This document shows, one piece after another, positions 11,661 through 26,300 of a stretch of DNA of 64,000 nt. The notes beneath the pieces are model-generated. The model was given only the letters and a program-made list of their open reading frames with translations. It was not told where the DNA came from and did not search any database. Each line of letters opens with the position of its first letter. The first letter of the stretch is position 1. The translations under genes and the position numbers were made by a program. Source of the DNA: Gordius albopunctatus. Lineage: Eukaryota. Where the stretch lies: positions 9,734,001 to 9,798,000 of the forward strand of contig OZ193909.1 in NCBI GenBank assembly GCA_964276515.1, given 5' to 3'.

Positions 11661-14600
11661 GAAACTAAACTTTTCGTGTTGCGTTTAGATTTTTTCAAAA
11701 TAGCTTTCTAAGCGTGTCTCTAGTTTTTGCGAAACAAACTCTATGTGATCGTGATTTAAAGTTAATAATTTTTGAGGACTGATCAAAAAATTTTTCACTA
11801 ATTGACCTCTGATATCAAAAACTTTCATGACGGCTATATTGTTGAACAAAAAAATTGAAAAATTTTTGAAGTCGAAAAAAATATTTATTTTCATATTCTA
11901 TCAAAAGGGTGCTGAAAGAATCTTTAAAAGTTAGTAAATATTCTTAGCATCATGTCCTTGTTAGAATCCGTATGATAATTTTTGAACGGAGTGAGGTTTT
12001 AGATTGAGAGAAACTAAACTTTTCGTGTTGCGTTTAGATTGTTTCAAAATCGCTTTCTAAGCGTGTCTCTAGTTTTTGAGAAACAAACTCTATTTGATCG
12101 TGATTTAAAGTTAAAAACTTTTGAGGACTGATCAAAAATTTTTTTCACTAATTGACCTCTGATATCATAAACTTTCATGACGGCTATATTGTTGAACAAA
12201 AAAATTGAAAAAATTTTGATGTCGAAAAAAATTTTTATTTTCATATTCTATCGAAAGGGTGCTGAAAGAATCTTTAAAATTTAGAAACTAAACTTTTCGT
12301 GTTGCGTTTAGATTGTTTCAAAATAGCTTTCTAAGCGTGTCTCTAGTTTTTGCGAAACAAACTCTATGTGATCGTGATTTAAAGTTAATAATTTTTGAGG
12401 ACTGATCAAAAAAATTTTTCACTAATTGACCTCTGATATCAAAAACTTTCATGACGGCTATATTGTTGAACAAAAAAATTGAAAAATTTTTGAAGTCGAA
12501 AAAAATATTTATTTTCATATTCTATCAAAAGGGGGCTGAAAGAATCTTTAAAAGTTAGTAAATATTCTTAGCATCATGTCCTTGTTAGAATCCGTATGAT
12601 AATTTTTGCACGGGGTGAGGTTTTAGATTGAGAGAAACTAAACTTTTCGTGTTGCGTTTAGATTGTTTCAAAATCGCTTTCTAAGCGTGTCTCTAGTTTT
12701 TGAGAAACAAACTCTATTTGATCGTGATTTAAAGTTAATAATTTTTGAGGACGATCAAAATTTTTCACTAATTGACCTCTGATATCAAATCTTTCATGAC
12801 GGCTATATTGTTGAACAAAAAAATTGAAAAAATTTTGATGTCGAAAAAAATATTTATTTTCCTATTCTTTCGAAAGGGTGATGAAAAAATCTTTAAAATT
12901 TAGAAACTAAACTTTTCGTGTTGCGTTTAGATTGTTTCAAAATCGCTTTCTAAGCGTGTCTCTAGTTTTTGTGAAACAAACTCTATTTGATCGTGATTTA
13001 AAGTTAATAATTTTTGAGGACGATCAAAAATTTTTCACTAATTGACCTCTGATATCAAATCTTTCATGACGGCTATATTGTTGAACAAAAAAATTGAAAA
13101 ATTTTTGAAGTCGAAAAAAATATTTATTTTCATATTCTATCATAAGGGGGCTGAAAGAATCTTTAAAAGTTAGTAAATATTCTTAGCATCATGTCCTTGT
13201 TAGAATCCGTATGATAATTTTTGAACGGAGTGAGGTTTTAGATTGAGAGAAACTAAACTTTTCGTGTTGCGTTTAGATTGTTTCAAAATCGCTTTCTAAG
13301 CGTGTCTCTAGTTTTTGAGAAACAAACTCTATTTGATCGTGATTTAAAGTTAAAAACTTTTGAGGACTGATCAAAAATTTTTTTCACTAATTGACCTCTG
13401 ATATCATAAACTTTCATGACGGCTATATTGTTGAACAAAAAAATTGAAAAAATTTTGATGTCGAAAAAAATTTTTATTTTCATATTCTATCGAAAGGGTG
13501 CTGAAAGAATCTTTAAAATTTAGAAACTAAACTTTTCGTGTTGCGTTTAGATTTTTTCAAAATAGCTTTCTAAGCGTGTCTCTAGTTTTTGCGAAACAAA
13601 CTCTATGTGATCGTGATTTAAAGTTAATAATTTTTGAGGACTGATCAAAAAAATTTTTCACTAATTGACCTCTGATATCAAAAACTTTCATGACGGCTAT
13701 ATTGTTGAACAAAAAAATTGAAAAATTTTTGAAGTCGAAAAAAATATTTATTTTCATATTCTATCAAAAGGGGGCTGAAAGAATCTTTAAAAGTTAGTAA
13801 ATATTCTTAGCATCATGTCCTTGTTAGAATCCGTATGATAATTTTTGCACGGGGTGAGGTTTTAGATTGAGAGAAACTAAACTTTTCGTGTTGCGTTTAG
13901 ATTGTTTCAAAATCGCTTTCTAAGCGTGTCTCTAGTTTTTGAGAAACAAACTCTATTTGATCGTGATTTAAAGTTAATAATTTTTGAGGACTGATCAAAA
14001 AAATTTTTCACTAATTGACCTCTGATATCAAAAACTTTCATGACGGCTATATTGTTGAACAAAAAAATTGAAAAATTTTTGAAGTCGAAAAAAATATTTA
14101 TTTTCATATTCTATCAAAAGGGGGCTGAAAGAATCTTTAAAAGTTAGTAAATATTCTTAGCATCATGTCCTTGTTAGAATCCGTATGATAATTTTTGCAC
14201 GGGGTGAGGTTTTAGATTGAGAGAAACTAAACTTTTCGTGTTGCGTTTAGATTGTTTCAAAATCGCTTTCTAAGCGTGTCTCTAGTTTTTGAGAAACAAA
14301 CTCTATTTGATCGTGATTTAAAGTTAATAATTTTTGAGGACTGATCAAAAAAATTTTTCACTAATTGACCTCTGATATCAAAAACTTTCATGACGGCTAT
14401 ATTGTTGAACAAAAAAATTGAAAAATTTTTGAAGTCGAAAAAAATATTTATTTTCATATTCTATCAAAAGGGGGCTGAAAGAATCTTTAAAAGTTAGTAA
14501 ATATTCTTAGCATCATGTCCTTGTTAGAATCCGTATGATAATTTTTGCACGGGGTGAGGTTTTAGATTGAGAGAAACTAAACTTTTCGTGTTGCGTTTAG

Positions 14601-17600
14601 ATTGTTTCAAAATCGCTTTCTAAGCGTGTCTCTAGTTTTTGAGAAACAAACTCTATTTGATCGTGATTTAAAGTTAATAATTTTTGAGGACGATCAAAAA
14701 TTTTTCACTAATTGACCTCTGATATCAAATCTTTCATGACGGCTATATTGTTGAACAAAAAAATTGAAAAAATTTTGATGTCGAAAAAAATATTTATTTT
14801 CCTATTCTTTCGAAAGGGGGATGAAAAAATCTTTAAAATTTAGAAACTAAACTTTTCGTGTTGCGTTTAGATTTTTTCAAAATAGCTTTCTAAGCGTGTC
14901 TCTAGTTTTTGCGAAACAAACTCTATGTGATCGTGATTTAAAGTTAATAATTTTTGAGGACTGATCAAAAAAATTTTTCACTAATTGACCTCTGATATCA
15001 AAAACTTTCATGACGGCTATATTGTTGAACAAAAAAATTGAAAAATTTTTGAAGTCGAAAAAAATATTTATTTTCATATTCTATCAAAAGGGGGCTGAAA
15101 GAATCTTTAAAAGTTAGTAAATATTCTTAGCATCATGTCCTTGTTAGAATCCGTATGATAATTTTTGAACGGAGTGAGGTTTTAGATTGAGAGAAACTAA
15201 ACTTTTCGTGTTGCGTTTAGATTGTTTCAAAATCGCTTTCTAAGCGTGTCTCTAGTTTTTGAGAAACAAACTCTATTTGATCGTGATTTAAAGTTAAAAA
15301 CTTTTGAGGACTGATCAAAATTTTTTTTCACTAATTGACCTCTGATATCATAAACTTTCATGACGGCTATATTGTTGAACAAAAAAATTGAAAAAATTTT
15401 GATGTCGAAAAAAATTTTTATTTTCATATTCTATCGAAAGGGTGCTGAAAGAATCTTTAAAATTTAGAAACTAAACTTTTCGTGTTGCGTTTAGATTGTT
15501 TCAAAATAGCTTTCTAAGCGTGTCTCTAGTTTTTGCGAAACAAACTCTATGTGATCGTGATTTAAAGTTAATAATTTTTGAGGACTGATCAAAAAAATTT
15601 TTCACTAATTGACCTCTGATATCAAAAACTTTCATGACGGCTATATTGTTGAACAAAAAAATTGAAAAATTTTTGAAGTCGAAAAAAATATTTATTTTCA
15701 TATTCTATCAAAAGGGGGCTGAAAGAATCTTTAAAAGTTAGTAAATATTCTTAGCATCATGTCCTTGTTAGAATCCGTATGATAATTTTTGCACGGGGTG
15801 AGGTTTTAGATTGAGAGAAACTAAACTTTTCGTGTTGCGTTTAGATTGTTTCAAAATCGCTTTCTAAGCGTGTCTCTAGTTTTTGAGAAACAAACTCTAT
15901 TTGATCGTGATTTAAAGTTAATAATTTTTGAGGACGATCAAAAATTTTTCACTAATTGACCTCTGATATCAAATCTTTCATGACGGCTATATTGTTGAAC
16001 AAAAAAATTGAAAAAATTTTGATGTCGAAAAAAATATTTATTTTCCTATTCTTTCGAAAGGGTGATGAAAAAATCTTTAAAATTTAGAAACTAAACTTTT
16101 CGTGTTGCGTTTAGATTGTTTCAAAATCGCTTTCTAAGCGTGTCTCTAGTTTTTGTGAAACAAACTCTATTTGATCGTGATTTAAAGTTAATAATTTTTG
16201 AGGACGATCAAAAATTTTTCACTAATTGACCTCTGATATCAAATCTTTCATGACGGCTATATTGTTGAACAAAAAAATTTCAAAAAATTTTGATGTCGAA
16301 AAAAATATTTATTTTCCTATTCTTTCGAAAGGGGGATGAAAAAATCTTTAAAATTTAGAAACTAAACTTTTCGGGTTGCGTTTAGATTGTTTCAAAATCG
16401 CTTTCTAAGCGTGTCTCTAGTTTTTGTGAAACAAACTCTATTTGATCGTGATTTAAAGTTAATAATTTTTGAGGACTGATCAAAAAATTTTTCACTAATT
16501 GACCTCTGATATCAAAAACTTTCATGACGGCTATATTGTTGAACAAAAAAATTGAAAAATTTTTGAAGTCGAAAAAAATATTTATTTTCATATTCTATCA
16601 TAAGGGGGCTGAAAGAATCTTTAAAAGTTAGTAAATATTCTTAGCATCATGTCCTTGTTAGAATCCGTATGATAATTTTTGAACGGAGTGAGGTTTTAGA
16701 TTGAGAGAAACTAAACTTTTCGTGTTGCGTTTAGATTGTTTCAAAATCGCTTTCTAAGCGTGTCTCTAGTTTTTGAGAAACAAACTCTATTTGATCGTGA
16801 TTTAAAGTTAAAAACTTTTGAGGACTGATCAAAAATTTTTTTCACTAATTGACCTCTGATATCATAAACTTTCATGACGGCTATATTGTTGAACAAAAAA
16901 ATTGAAAAAATTTTGATGTCGAAAAAAATTTTTATTTTCCTATTCTATCGAAAGGGTGCTGAAAGAATCTTTAAAATTTAGAAACTAAACTTTTCGTGTT
17001 GCGTTTAGATTTTTTCAAAATAGCTTTCTAAGCGTGTCTCTAGTTTTTGCGAAACAAACTCTATGTGATCGTGATTTAAAGTTAATAATTTTTGAGGACT
17101 GATCAAAAAAATTTTTCACTAATTGACCTCTGATATCAAAAACTTTCATGACGGCTATATTGTTGAACAAAAAAATTGAAAAATTTTTGAAGTCGAAAAA
17201 AATATTTATTTTCATATTCTATCAAAAGGGGGCTGAAAGAATCTTTAAAAGTTAGTAAATATTCTTAGCATCATGTCCTTGTTAGAATCCGTATGATAAT
17301 TTTTGCACGGGGTGAGGTTTTAGATTGAGAGAAACTAAACTTTTCGTGTTGCGTTTAGATTGTTTCAAAATCGCTTTCTAAGCGTGTCTCTAGTTTTTGA
17401 GAAACAAACTCTATTTGATCGTGATTTAAAGTTAATAATTTTTGAGGACGATCAAAAATTTTTCACTAATTGACCTCTGATATCAAATCTTTCATGACGG
17501 CTATATTGTTGAACAAAAAAATTGAAAAAATTTTGATGTCGAAAAAAATATTTATTTTCCTATTCTTTCGAAAGGGGGATGAAAAAATCTTTAAAATTTA

Positions 17601-20600
17601 GAAACTAAACTTTTCGTGTTGCGTTTAGATTGTTTCAAAATCGCTTTCTAAGCGTGTCTCTAGTTTTTGTGAAACAAACTCTATTTGATCGTGATTTAAA
17701 GTTAATAATTTTTGAGGACTGATAAAAAATTTTTTCACTAATTGACCTCTGATATCAAAAACTTTCATGACGGCTATATTGTTGAACAAAAAAATTGAAA
17801 AATTTTTGAAGTCGAAAAAAATATTTATTTTCATATTCTATCAAAAGGGGGCTGAAAGAATCTTTAAAAGTTAGTAAATATTCTTAGCATCATGTCCTTG
17901 TTAGAATCCGTATGATAATTTTTGAACGGGGTGAGGTTTTAGATTGAGAGAAACTAAACTTTTCGTGTTGCGTTTAGATTGTTTCAAAATCGCTTTCTAA
18001 GCGTGTCTCTAGTTTTTGAGAAACAAACTCTATTTGATCGTGATTTAAAGTTAAAAACTTTTGAGGACTGATCAAAAATTTTTTTCATTAATTGACCTCT
18101 GATATCATAAACTTTCATGACGGCTATATTGTTGAACAAAAAAATTGAAAAAATTTTGATGTCGAAAAAAATATTTATTTTCATATTCTATCCCAAGGGT
18201 GCTGAAAGAATCTTTAAAATTTAGAAACTAAACTTTTCGTGTTGCGTTTAGATTGTTTCAAAATAGCTTTCTAAGCGTGTCTCTAGTTTTTGCGAAACAA
18301 ACTCTATGTGATCGTGATTTAAAGTTAATAATTTTTGAGGACTGATCAAAAAAATTTTTCACTAATTGACCTCTGATATCAAAAACTTTCATGACGGCTA
18401 TATTGTTGAACAAAAAAATTGAAAAATTTTTGAAGTCGAAAAAAATATTTATTTTCATATTCTATCAAAAGGGGGCTGAAAGAATCTTTAAAAGTTAGTA
18501 AATATTCTTAGCATCATGTCCTTGTTAGAATCCGTATGATAATTTTTGCACGGGGTGAGGTTTTAGATTGAGAGAAACTAAACTTTTCGTGTTGCGTTTA
18601 GATTGTTTCAAAATCGCTTTCTAAGCGTGTCTCTAGTTTTTGAGAAACAAACTCTATTTGATCGTGATTTAAAGTTAAAAACTTTTGAGGACTGATCAAA
18701 AATTTTTTTCACTAATTGACCTCTGATATCATAAACTTTCATGACGGCTATATTTTTGAACAAAAAAATTGAAAAAATTTTGATGTCGAAAAAAATATTT
18801 ATTTTCATATTCTATCGAAAGGGTGCTGAAAGAATCTTTAAAATTTAGAAACTAAACTTTTCGTGTTGCGTTTAGATTGTTTCAAAATAGCTTTCTAAGC
18901 GTGTCTCTAGTTTTTGCGAAACAAACTCTATGTGATCGTGATTTAAAGTTAATAATTTTTGAGGACTGATCGAAAAAAATTTTTCACTAATTGACCTCTG
19001 ATATCAAAAACTTTCATGACGGCTATATTGTTGAACAAAAAAATTGAAAAATTTTTGAAGTCGAAAAAAATATTTATTTTCATATTCTATCAAAAGGGGG
19101 CTGAAAGAATCTTTAAAATTTAGTAAATATTCTTAGCATCATGTCCTTGTTAGAATCCGTATGATAATTTTTGCACGGGGTGAGGTTTTAGATTGAGAGA
19201 AACTAAACTTTTCGTGTTGCGTTTAGATTGTTTCAAAATCGCTTTCTAAGCGTGTCTCTAGTTTTTGAGAAACAAACTCTATTTGATCGTGATTTAAAGT
19301 TAATAATTTTTGAGGACGATCAAAAATTTTTCACTAATTGACCTCTGATATCAAATCTTTCATGACGGCTATATTGTTGAACAAAAAAATTGAAAAAATT
19401 TTGATGTCGAAAAAATATTTATTTTCCTATTCTTTCGAAAGGGTGATGAAAAAATCTTTAAAATTTAGAAACTAAACTTTTCGTGTTGCGTTTAGATTGT
19501 TTCAAAATCGCTTTCTAAGCGTGTCTCTAGTTTTTGTGAAACAAACTCTATTTGATCGTGATTTAAAGTTAATAATTTTTGAGGACTGATCAAAAAATTT
19601 TTCACTAATTGACCTCTGATATCAAAAACTTTCATGACGGCTATATTGTTGAACAAAAAAATTTCAAAAAATTTTGATGTCGAAAAAAATATTTATTTTC
19701 CTATTCTTTCGAAAGGGGTATGAAAAAATCTTTAAAATTTAGAAACTAAACTTTTCGGGTTGCGTTTAGATTGTTTCAAAATCGCTTTCTAAGCGTGTCT
19801 CTAGTTTTTGTGAAAGAAACTCTATTTGATCGTGATTTAAAGTTAATAATTTTTGAGGACTGATCAAAAAATTTTTCACTAATTGACCTCTGATATCAAA
19901 AACTTTCATGACGGCTATATTGTTGAACAAAAAAATTGAAAAATCTTTGATGTCGAAAAAAATATTTATTTTCCTATTCTTTCGAAAGGGGGATGAAAAA
20001 ATCTTTAAAATTAAGAAACTAAACTTTTCGGGTTGCGTTTAGATTGTTTCAAAATCGCTTTCTAAGCGTGTCTCTAGTTTTTGTGAAACAAACTCTATTT
20101 GATCGTGATTTAAAGTTAATAATTTTTGAGGACTGATCAAAAAATTTTTCACTAATTGACCTCTGATATCAAAAACTTTCATGACGGCTATATTGTTGAA
20201 CAAAAAAATTTCAAAAAATTTTGATGTCGAAAAAAATATTTATTTTCCTATTCTTTCGAAAGGGGGATGAAAGAATCTTTAAAAGTTAGTAAATATTCTT
20301 AGCATCATGTCCTTGTTAGAATCCGTATGATAATTTTTGAACGGAGTGAGGTTTTAGATTGAGAGAAACTAAACTTTTCGTGTTGCGTTTAGATTGTTTC
20401 AAAATCGCTTTCTAAGCGTGTCTCTAGTTTTTGAGAAACAAACTCTATTTGATCGTGATTTAAAGTTAATAATTTTTGAGGACGATCAAAAATTTTTCAC
20501 TAATTGACCTCTGATATCAAATCTTTCATGACGGCTATATTGTTGAACAAAAAAATTGAAAAAATTTTGATGTCGAAAAAAATATTTATTTTCCTATTCT

Positions 20601-21801
20601 TTCGAAAGGGTGATGAAAAAATCTTTAAAATTTAGAAACTAAACTTTTCGTGTTGCGTTTAGATTGTTTCAAAATCGCTTTCTAAGCGTGTCTCTAGTTT
20701 TTGTGAAACAAACTCTATTTGATCGTGATTTAAAGTTAATAATTTTTGAGGACGATCAAAAATTTTTCACTAATTGACCTCTGATATCAAATCTTTCATG
20801 ACGGCTATATTGTTGAACAAAAAAATTTCAAAAAATTTTGATGTCGAAAAAAATATTTATTTTCCTATTCTTTCGAAAGGGGGATGAAAAAATCTTTAAA
20901 ATTTAGAAACTAAACTTTTCGGGTTGCGTTTAGATTGTTTCAAAATCGCTTTCTAAGCGTGTCTCTAGTTTTTGTGAAACAAACTCTATTTGATCGTGAT
21001 TTAAAGTTAATAATTTTTGAGGACTGATCAAAAAATTTTTCACTAATTGACCTCTGATATCAAAAACTTTCATGACGGCTATATTGTTGAACAAAAAAAT
21101 TGAAAAATTTTTGAAGTCGAAAAAAATATTTATTTTCATATTCTATCATAAGGGGGCTGAAAGAATCTTTAAAAGTTAGTAAATATTCTTAGCATCATGT
21201 CCTTGTTAGAATCCGTATGATAATTTTTGAACGGAGTGAGGTTTTAGATTGAGAGAAACTAAACTTTTCGTGTTGCGTTTAGATTGTTTCAAAATCGCTT
21301 TCTAAGCGTGTCTCTAGTTTTTGAGAAACAAACTCTATTTGATCGTGATTTAAAGTTAAAAACTTTTGAGGACTGATCAAAAATTTTTTTCACTAATTGA
21401 CCTCTGATATCATAAACTTTCATGACGGCTATATTGTTGAACAAAAAAATTGAAAAAATTTTGATGTCGAAAAAAATTTTTATTTTCATATTCTATCGAA
21501 AGGGTGCTGAAAGAATCTTTAAAATTTAGAAACTAAACTTTTCGTGTTGCGTTTAGATTGTTTCAAAATAGCTTTCTAAGCGTGTCTCTAGTTTTTGCGA
21601 AACAAACTCTATGCGATCGTGATTTAAAGTTAATAATTTTTGAGGACTGATCAAAAAAATTTTTCACTAATTGACCTCTGATATCAAAAACTTTCATGAC
21701 GGCTATATTGTTGAACAAAAAAATTGAAAAAATTTTGATGTCGAAAAAAATATTTATTTTCCTATTCTTTCGAAAGGGGGATGAAAAAATCTTTAAAATT
21801 T

Positions 21802-23399
21802 AGAAACTAAACTTTTCGTGTTGCGTTTAGATTGTTTCAAAATCGCTTTCTAAGCGTGTCTCTAGTTTTTGTGAAACAAACTCTATTTGATCGTGATTTA
21901 AAGTTAATAATTTTTGAGGACTGATAAAAAAATTTTTCACTAATTGACCTCTGATATCAAAAACTTTCATGACGGCTATATTGTTGAACAAAAAAATTGA
22001 AAAATTTTTGAAGTCGAAAAAAATATTTATTTTCATATTCTATCAAAAGGGGGCTGAAAGAATCTTTAAAAGTTAGTAAATATTCTTAGCATCATGTCCT
22101 TGTTAGAATCCGTATGATAATTTTTGAACGGGGTGAGGTTTTAGATTGAGAGAAACTAAACTTTTCGTGTTGCGTTTAGATTGTTTCAAAATCGCTTTCT
22201 AAGCGTGTCTCTAGTTTTTGAGAAACAAACTCTATTTGATCGTGATTTAAAGTTAAAAACTTTTGAGGACTGATCAAAAATTTTTTTCATTAATTGACCT
22301 CTGATATCATAAACTTTCATGACGGCTATATTGTTGAACAAAAAAATTGAAAAAATTTTGATGTCGAAAAAAATATTTATTTTCATATTCTATCCCAAGG
22401 GTGCTGAAAGAATCTTTAAAATTTAGAAACTAAACTTTTCGTGTTGCGTTTAGATTGTTTCAAAATAGCTTTCTAAGCGTGTCTCTAGTTTTTGCGAAAC
22501 AAACTCTATGTGATCGTGATTTAAAGTTAATAATTTTTGAGGACTGATCAAAAAATTTTTTCACTAATTGACCTCTGATATCAAAAACTTTCATGACGGC
22601 TATATTGTTGAACAAAAAAATTGAAAAATTTTTGAAGTCGAAAAAAATATTTATTTTCATATTCTATCAAAAGGGGGCTGAAAGAATCTTTAAAAGTTAG
22701 TAAATATTCTTAGCATCATGTCCTTGTTAGAATCCGTATGATAATTTTTGAACGGGGTGAGGTTTTAGATTGAGAGAAACTAAACTTTTCGTGTTGCGTT
22801 TAGATTGTTTCAAAATCGCTTTCTAAGCGTGTCTCTAGTTTTTGAGAAACAAACTCTATTTGATCGTGATTTAAAGTTAAAAACTTTTGAGGACTGATCA
22901 AAAATTTTTTTCATTAATTGACCTCTGATATCATAAACTTTCATGACGGCTATATTGTTGAACAAAAAAATTGAAAAAATTTTGATGTCGAAAAAAATAT
23001 TTATTTTCATATTCTATCCCAAGGGTGCTGAAAGAATCTTTAAAATTTAGAAACTAAACTTTTCGTGTTGCGTTTAGATTGTTTCAAAATAGCTTTCTAA
23101 GCGTGTCTCTAGTTTTTGCGAAACAAACTCTATGTGATCGTGATTTAAAGTTAATAATTTTTGAGGACTGATCAAAAAAATTTTTCACTAATTGACCTCT
23201 GATATCAAAAACTTTCATGACGGCTATATTGTTGAACAAAAAAATTGAAAAATTTTTGAAGTCGAAAAAAATATTTATTTTCATATTCTATCAAAAGGGG
23301 GCTGAAAGAATCTTTAAAAGTTAGTAAATATTCTTAGCATCATGTCCTTGTTAGAATCCGTATGATAATTTTTGCACGGGGTGAGGTTTTAGATTGAGA
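21802..23399 (+). repeat. 624-bp L+S dimer tandem duplication
   Basis: ORF copies 22186/22810 and 22460/23084 are offset by 624. Both copies carry the private variants TTTTCATTAATT and TATCCCAAGG. Confidence 0.85.
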
Positions 23400-26300
23400 G
23401 AAACTAAACTTTTCGTGTTGCGTTTAGATTGTTTCAAAATCGCTTTCTAAGCGTGTCTCTAGTTTTTGTGAAACAAACTCTATTTGATCGTGATTTAAAG
23501 TTAATAATTTTTGAGGACTGATCAAAAAATTTTTCACTAATTGACCTCTGATATCAAAAACTTTCATGACGGCTATATTGTTGAACAAAAAAATTTCAAA
23601 AAATTTTGATGTCGAAAAAAATATTTATTTTCCTATTCTTTCGAAAGGGGTATGAAAAAATCTTTAAAATTTAGAAACTAAACTTTTCGGGTTGCGTTTA
23701 GATTGTTTCAAAATCGCTTTCTAAGCGTGTCTCTAGTTTTTGTGAAAGAAACTCTATTTGATCGTGATTTAAAGTTAATAATTTTTGAGGACTGATCAAA
23801 AAATTTTTCACTAATTGACCTCTGATATCAAAAACTTTCATGACGGCTATATTGTTGAACAAAAAAATTGAAAAATCTTTGATGTCGAAAAAAATATTTA
23901 TTTTCCTATTCTTTCGAAAGGGGGATGAAAAAATCTTTAAAATTAAGAAACTAAACTTTTCGGGTTGCGTTTAGATTGTTTCAAAATCGCTTTCTAAGCG
24001 TGTCTCTAGTTTTTGTGAAACAAACTCTATTTGATCGTGATTTAAAGTTAATAATTTTTGAGGACTGATCAAAAAATTTTTCACTAATTGACCTCTGATA
24101 TCAAAAACTTTCATGACGGCTATATTGTTGAACAAAAAAATTTCAAAAAATTTTGATGTCGAAAAAAATATTTATTTTCCTATTCTTTCGAAAGGGGGAT
24201 GAAAAAATCTTTAAAATTTAGAAACTAAACTTTTCGGGTTGCGTTTAGATTGTTTCAAAATCGCTTTCTAAGCGTGTCTCTAGTTTTTGTGAAACAAACT
24301 CTATTTGATCGTGATTTAAAGTTAATAATTTTTGAGGACGATCAAAAATTTTTCACTAATTGACCTCTGATATCAAATCTTTCATGACGGCTATATTGTT
24401 GAACAAAAAAATTGAAAAATTTTTGAAGTCGAAAAAAATATTTATTTTCATATTCTATCAAAAGGGGGCTGAAAGAATCTTTAAAAGTTAGTAAATATTC
24501 TTAGCATCATGTCCTTGTTAGAATCCGTATGATAATTTTTGCACGGGGTGAGGTTTTAGATTGAGAGAAACTAAACTTTTCGTGTTGCGTTTAGATTGTT
24601 TCAAAATCGCTTTCTAAGCGTGTCTCTAGTTTTTGAGAAACAAACTCTATTTGATCGTGATTTAAAGTTAATAATTTTTGAGGACGATCAAAAATTTTTC
24701 ACTAATTGACCTCTGATATCAAATCTTTCATGACGGCTATATTGTTGAACAAAAAAATTGAAAAAATTTTGATGTCGAAAAAAATATTTATTTTCATATT
24801 CTATCGAAAGGGTGCTGAAAGAATCTTTAAAATTTAGAAACTAAACTTTTCGTGTTGCGTTTAGATTGTTTCAAAATCGCTTTCTAAGCGTGTCTCTAGT
24901 TTTTGAGAAACAAACTCTATTTGATCGTGATTTAAAGTTAATAATTTTTGAGGACGATCAAAAATTTTTCACTAATTGACCTCTGATATCAAATCTTTCA
25001 TGACGGCTATATTGTTGAACAAAAAAATTGAAAAATTTTTGAAGTCGAAAAAAATATTTATTTTCATATTCTATCAAAAGGGGGCTGAAAGAATCTTTAA
25101 AAGTTAGTAAATATTCTTAGCATCATGTCCTTGTTAGAATCCGTATGATAATTTTTGCACGGGGTGAGGTTTTAGATTGAGAGAAACTAAACTTTTCGTG
25201 TTGCGTTTAGATTGTTTCAAAATCGCTTTCTAAGCGTGTCTCTAGTTTTTGAGAAACAAACTCTATTTGATCGTGATTTAAAGTTAATAATTTTTGAGGA
25301 CGATCAAAAATTTTTCACTAATTGACCTCTGATATCAAATCTTTCATGACGGCTATATTGTTGAACAAAAAAATTGAAAAAATTTTGATGTCGAAAAAAA
25401 TATTTATTTTCCTATTCTTTCGAAAGGGGGATGAAAAAATCTTTAAAATTTAGAAACTAAACTTTTCGTGTTGCGTTTAGATTGTTTCAAAATCGCTTTC
25501 TAAGCGTGTCTCTAGTTTTTGTGAAAAAAACTCTATTTGATCGTGATTTAAAGTTAATAATTTTTGAGGACGATCAAAAATTTTTCACTAATTGACCTCT
25601 GATATCAAATCTTTCATGACGGCTATATTGTTGAACAAAAAAATTGAAAAATTTTTGAAGTCGAAAAAAATATTTATTTTCATATTCTATCAAAAGGGGG
25701 CTGAAAGAATCTTTAAAAGTTAGTAAATATTCTTAGCATCATGTCCTTGTTAGAATCCGTATGATAATTTTTGCACGGGGTGAGGTTTTAGATTGAGAGA
25801 AACTAAACTTTTCGTGTTGCGTTTAGATTGTTTCAAAATCGCTTTCTAAGCGTGTCTCTAGTTTTTGAGAAACAAACTCTATTTGATCGTGATTTAAAGT
25901 TAATAATTTTTGAGGACGATCAAAAATTTTTCACTAATTGACCTCTGATATCAAATCTTTCATGACGGCTATATTGTTGAACAAAAAAATTGAAAAAATT
26001 TTGATGTCGAAAAAAATATTTATTTTCATATTCTATCGAAAGGGTGCTGAAAGAATCTTTAAAATTTAGAAACTAAACTTTTCGTGTTGCGTTTAGATTG
26101 TTTCAAAATCGCTTTCTAAGCGTGTCTCTAGTTTTTGTGAAACAAACTCTATTTGATCGTGATTTAAAGATAATAATTTTTGAGGACTGATCAAAAAATT
26201 TTTCACTAATTGACCTCTGATATCAAAAACTTTCATGACGGCTATATTGTTGAACAAAAAAATTGAAAAATTTTTGAAGTCGAAAAAAATATTTATTTTC

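Noticed and set aside
12755..19420. Singleton homopolymer-length variants (e.g. near 12760, 18972, 19412)
   Set aside because: Single-copy changes in A/T runs cannot be told apart from long-read consensus errors.
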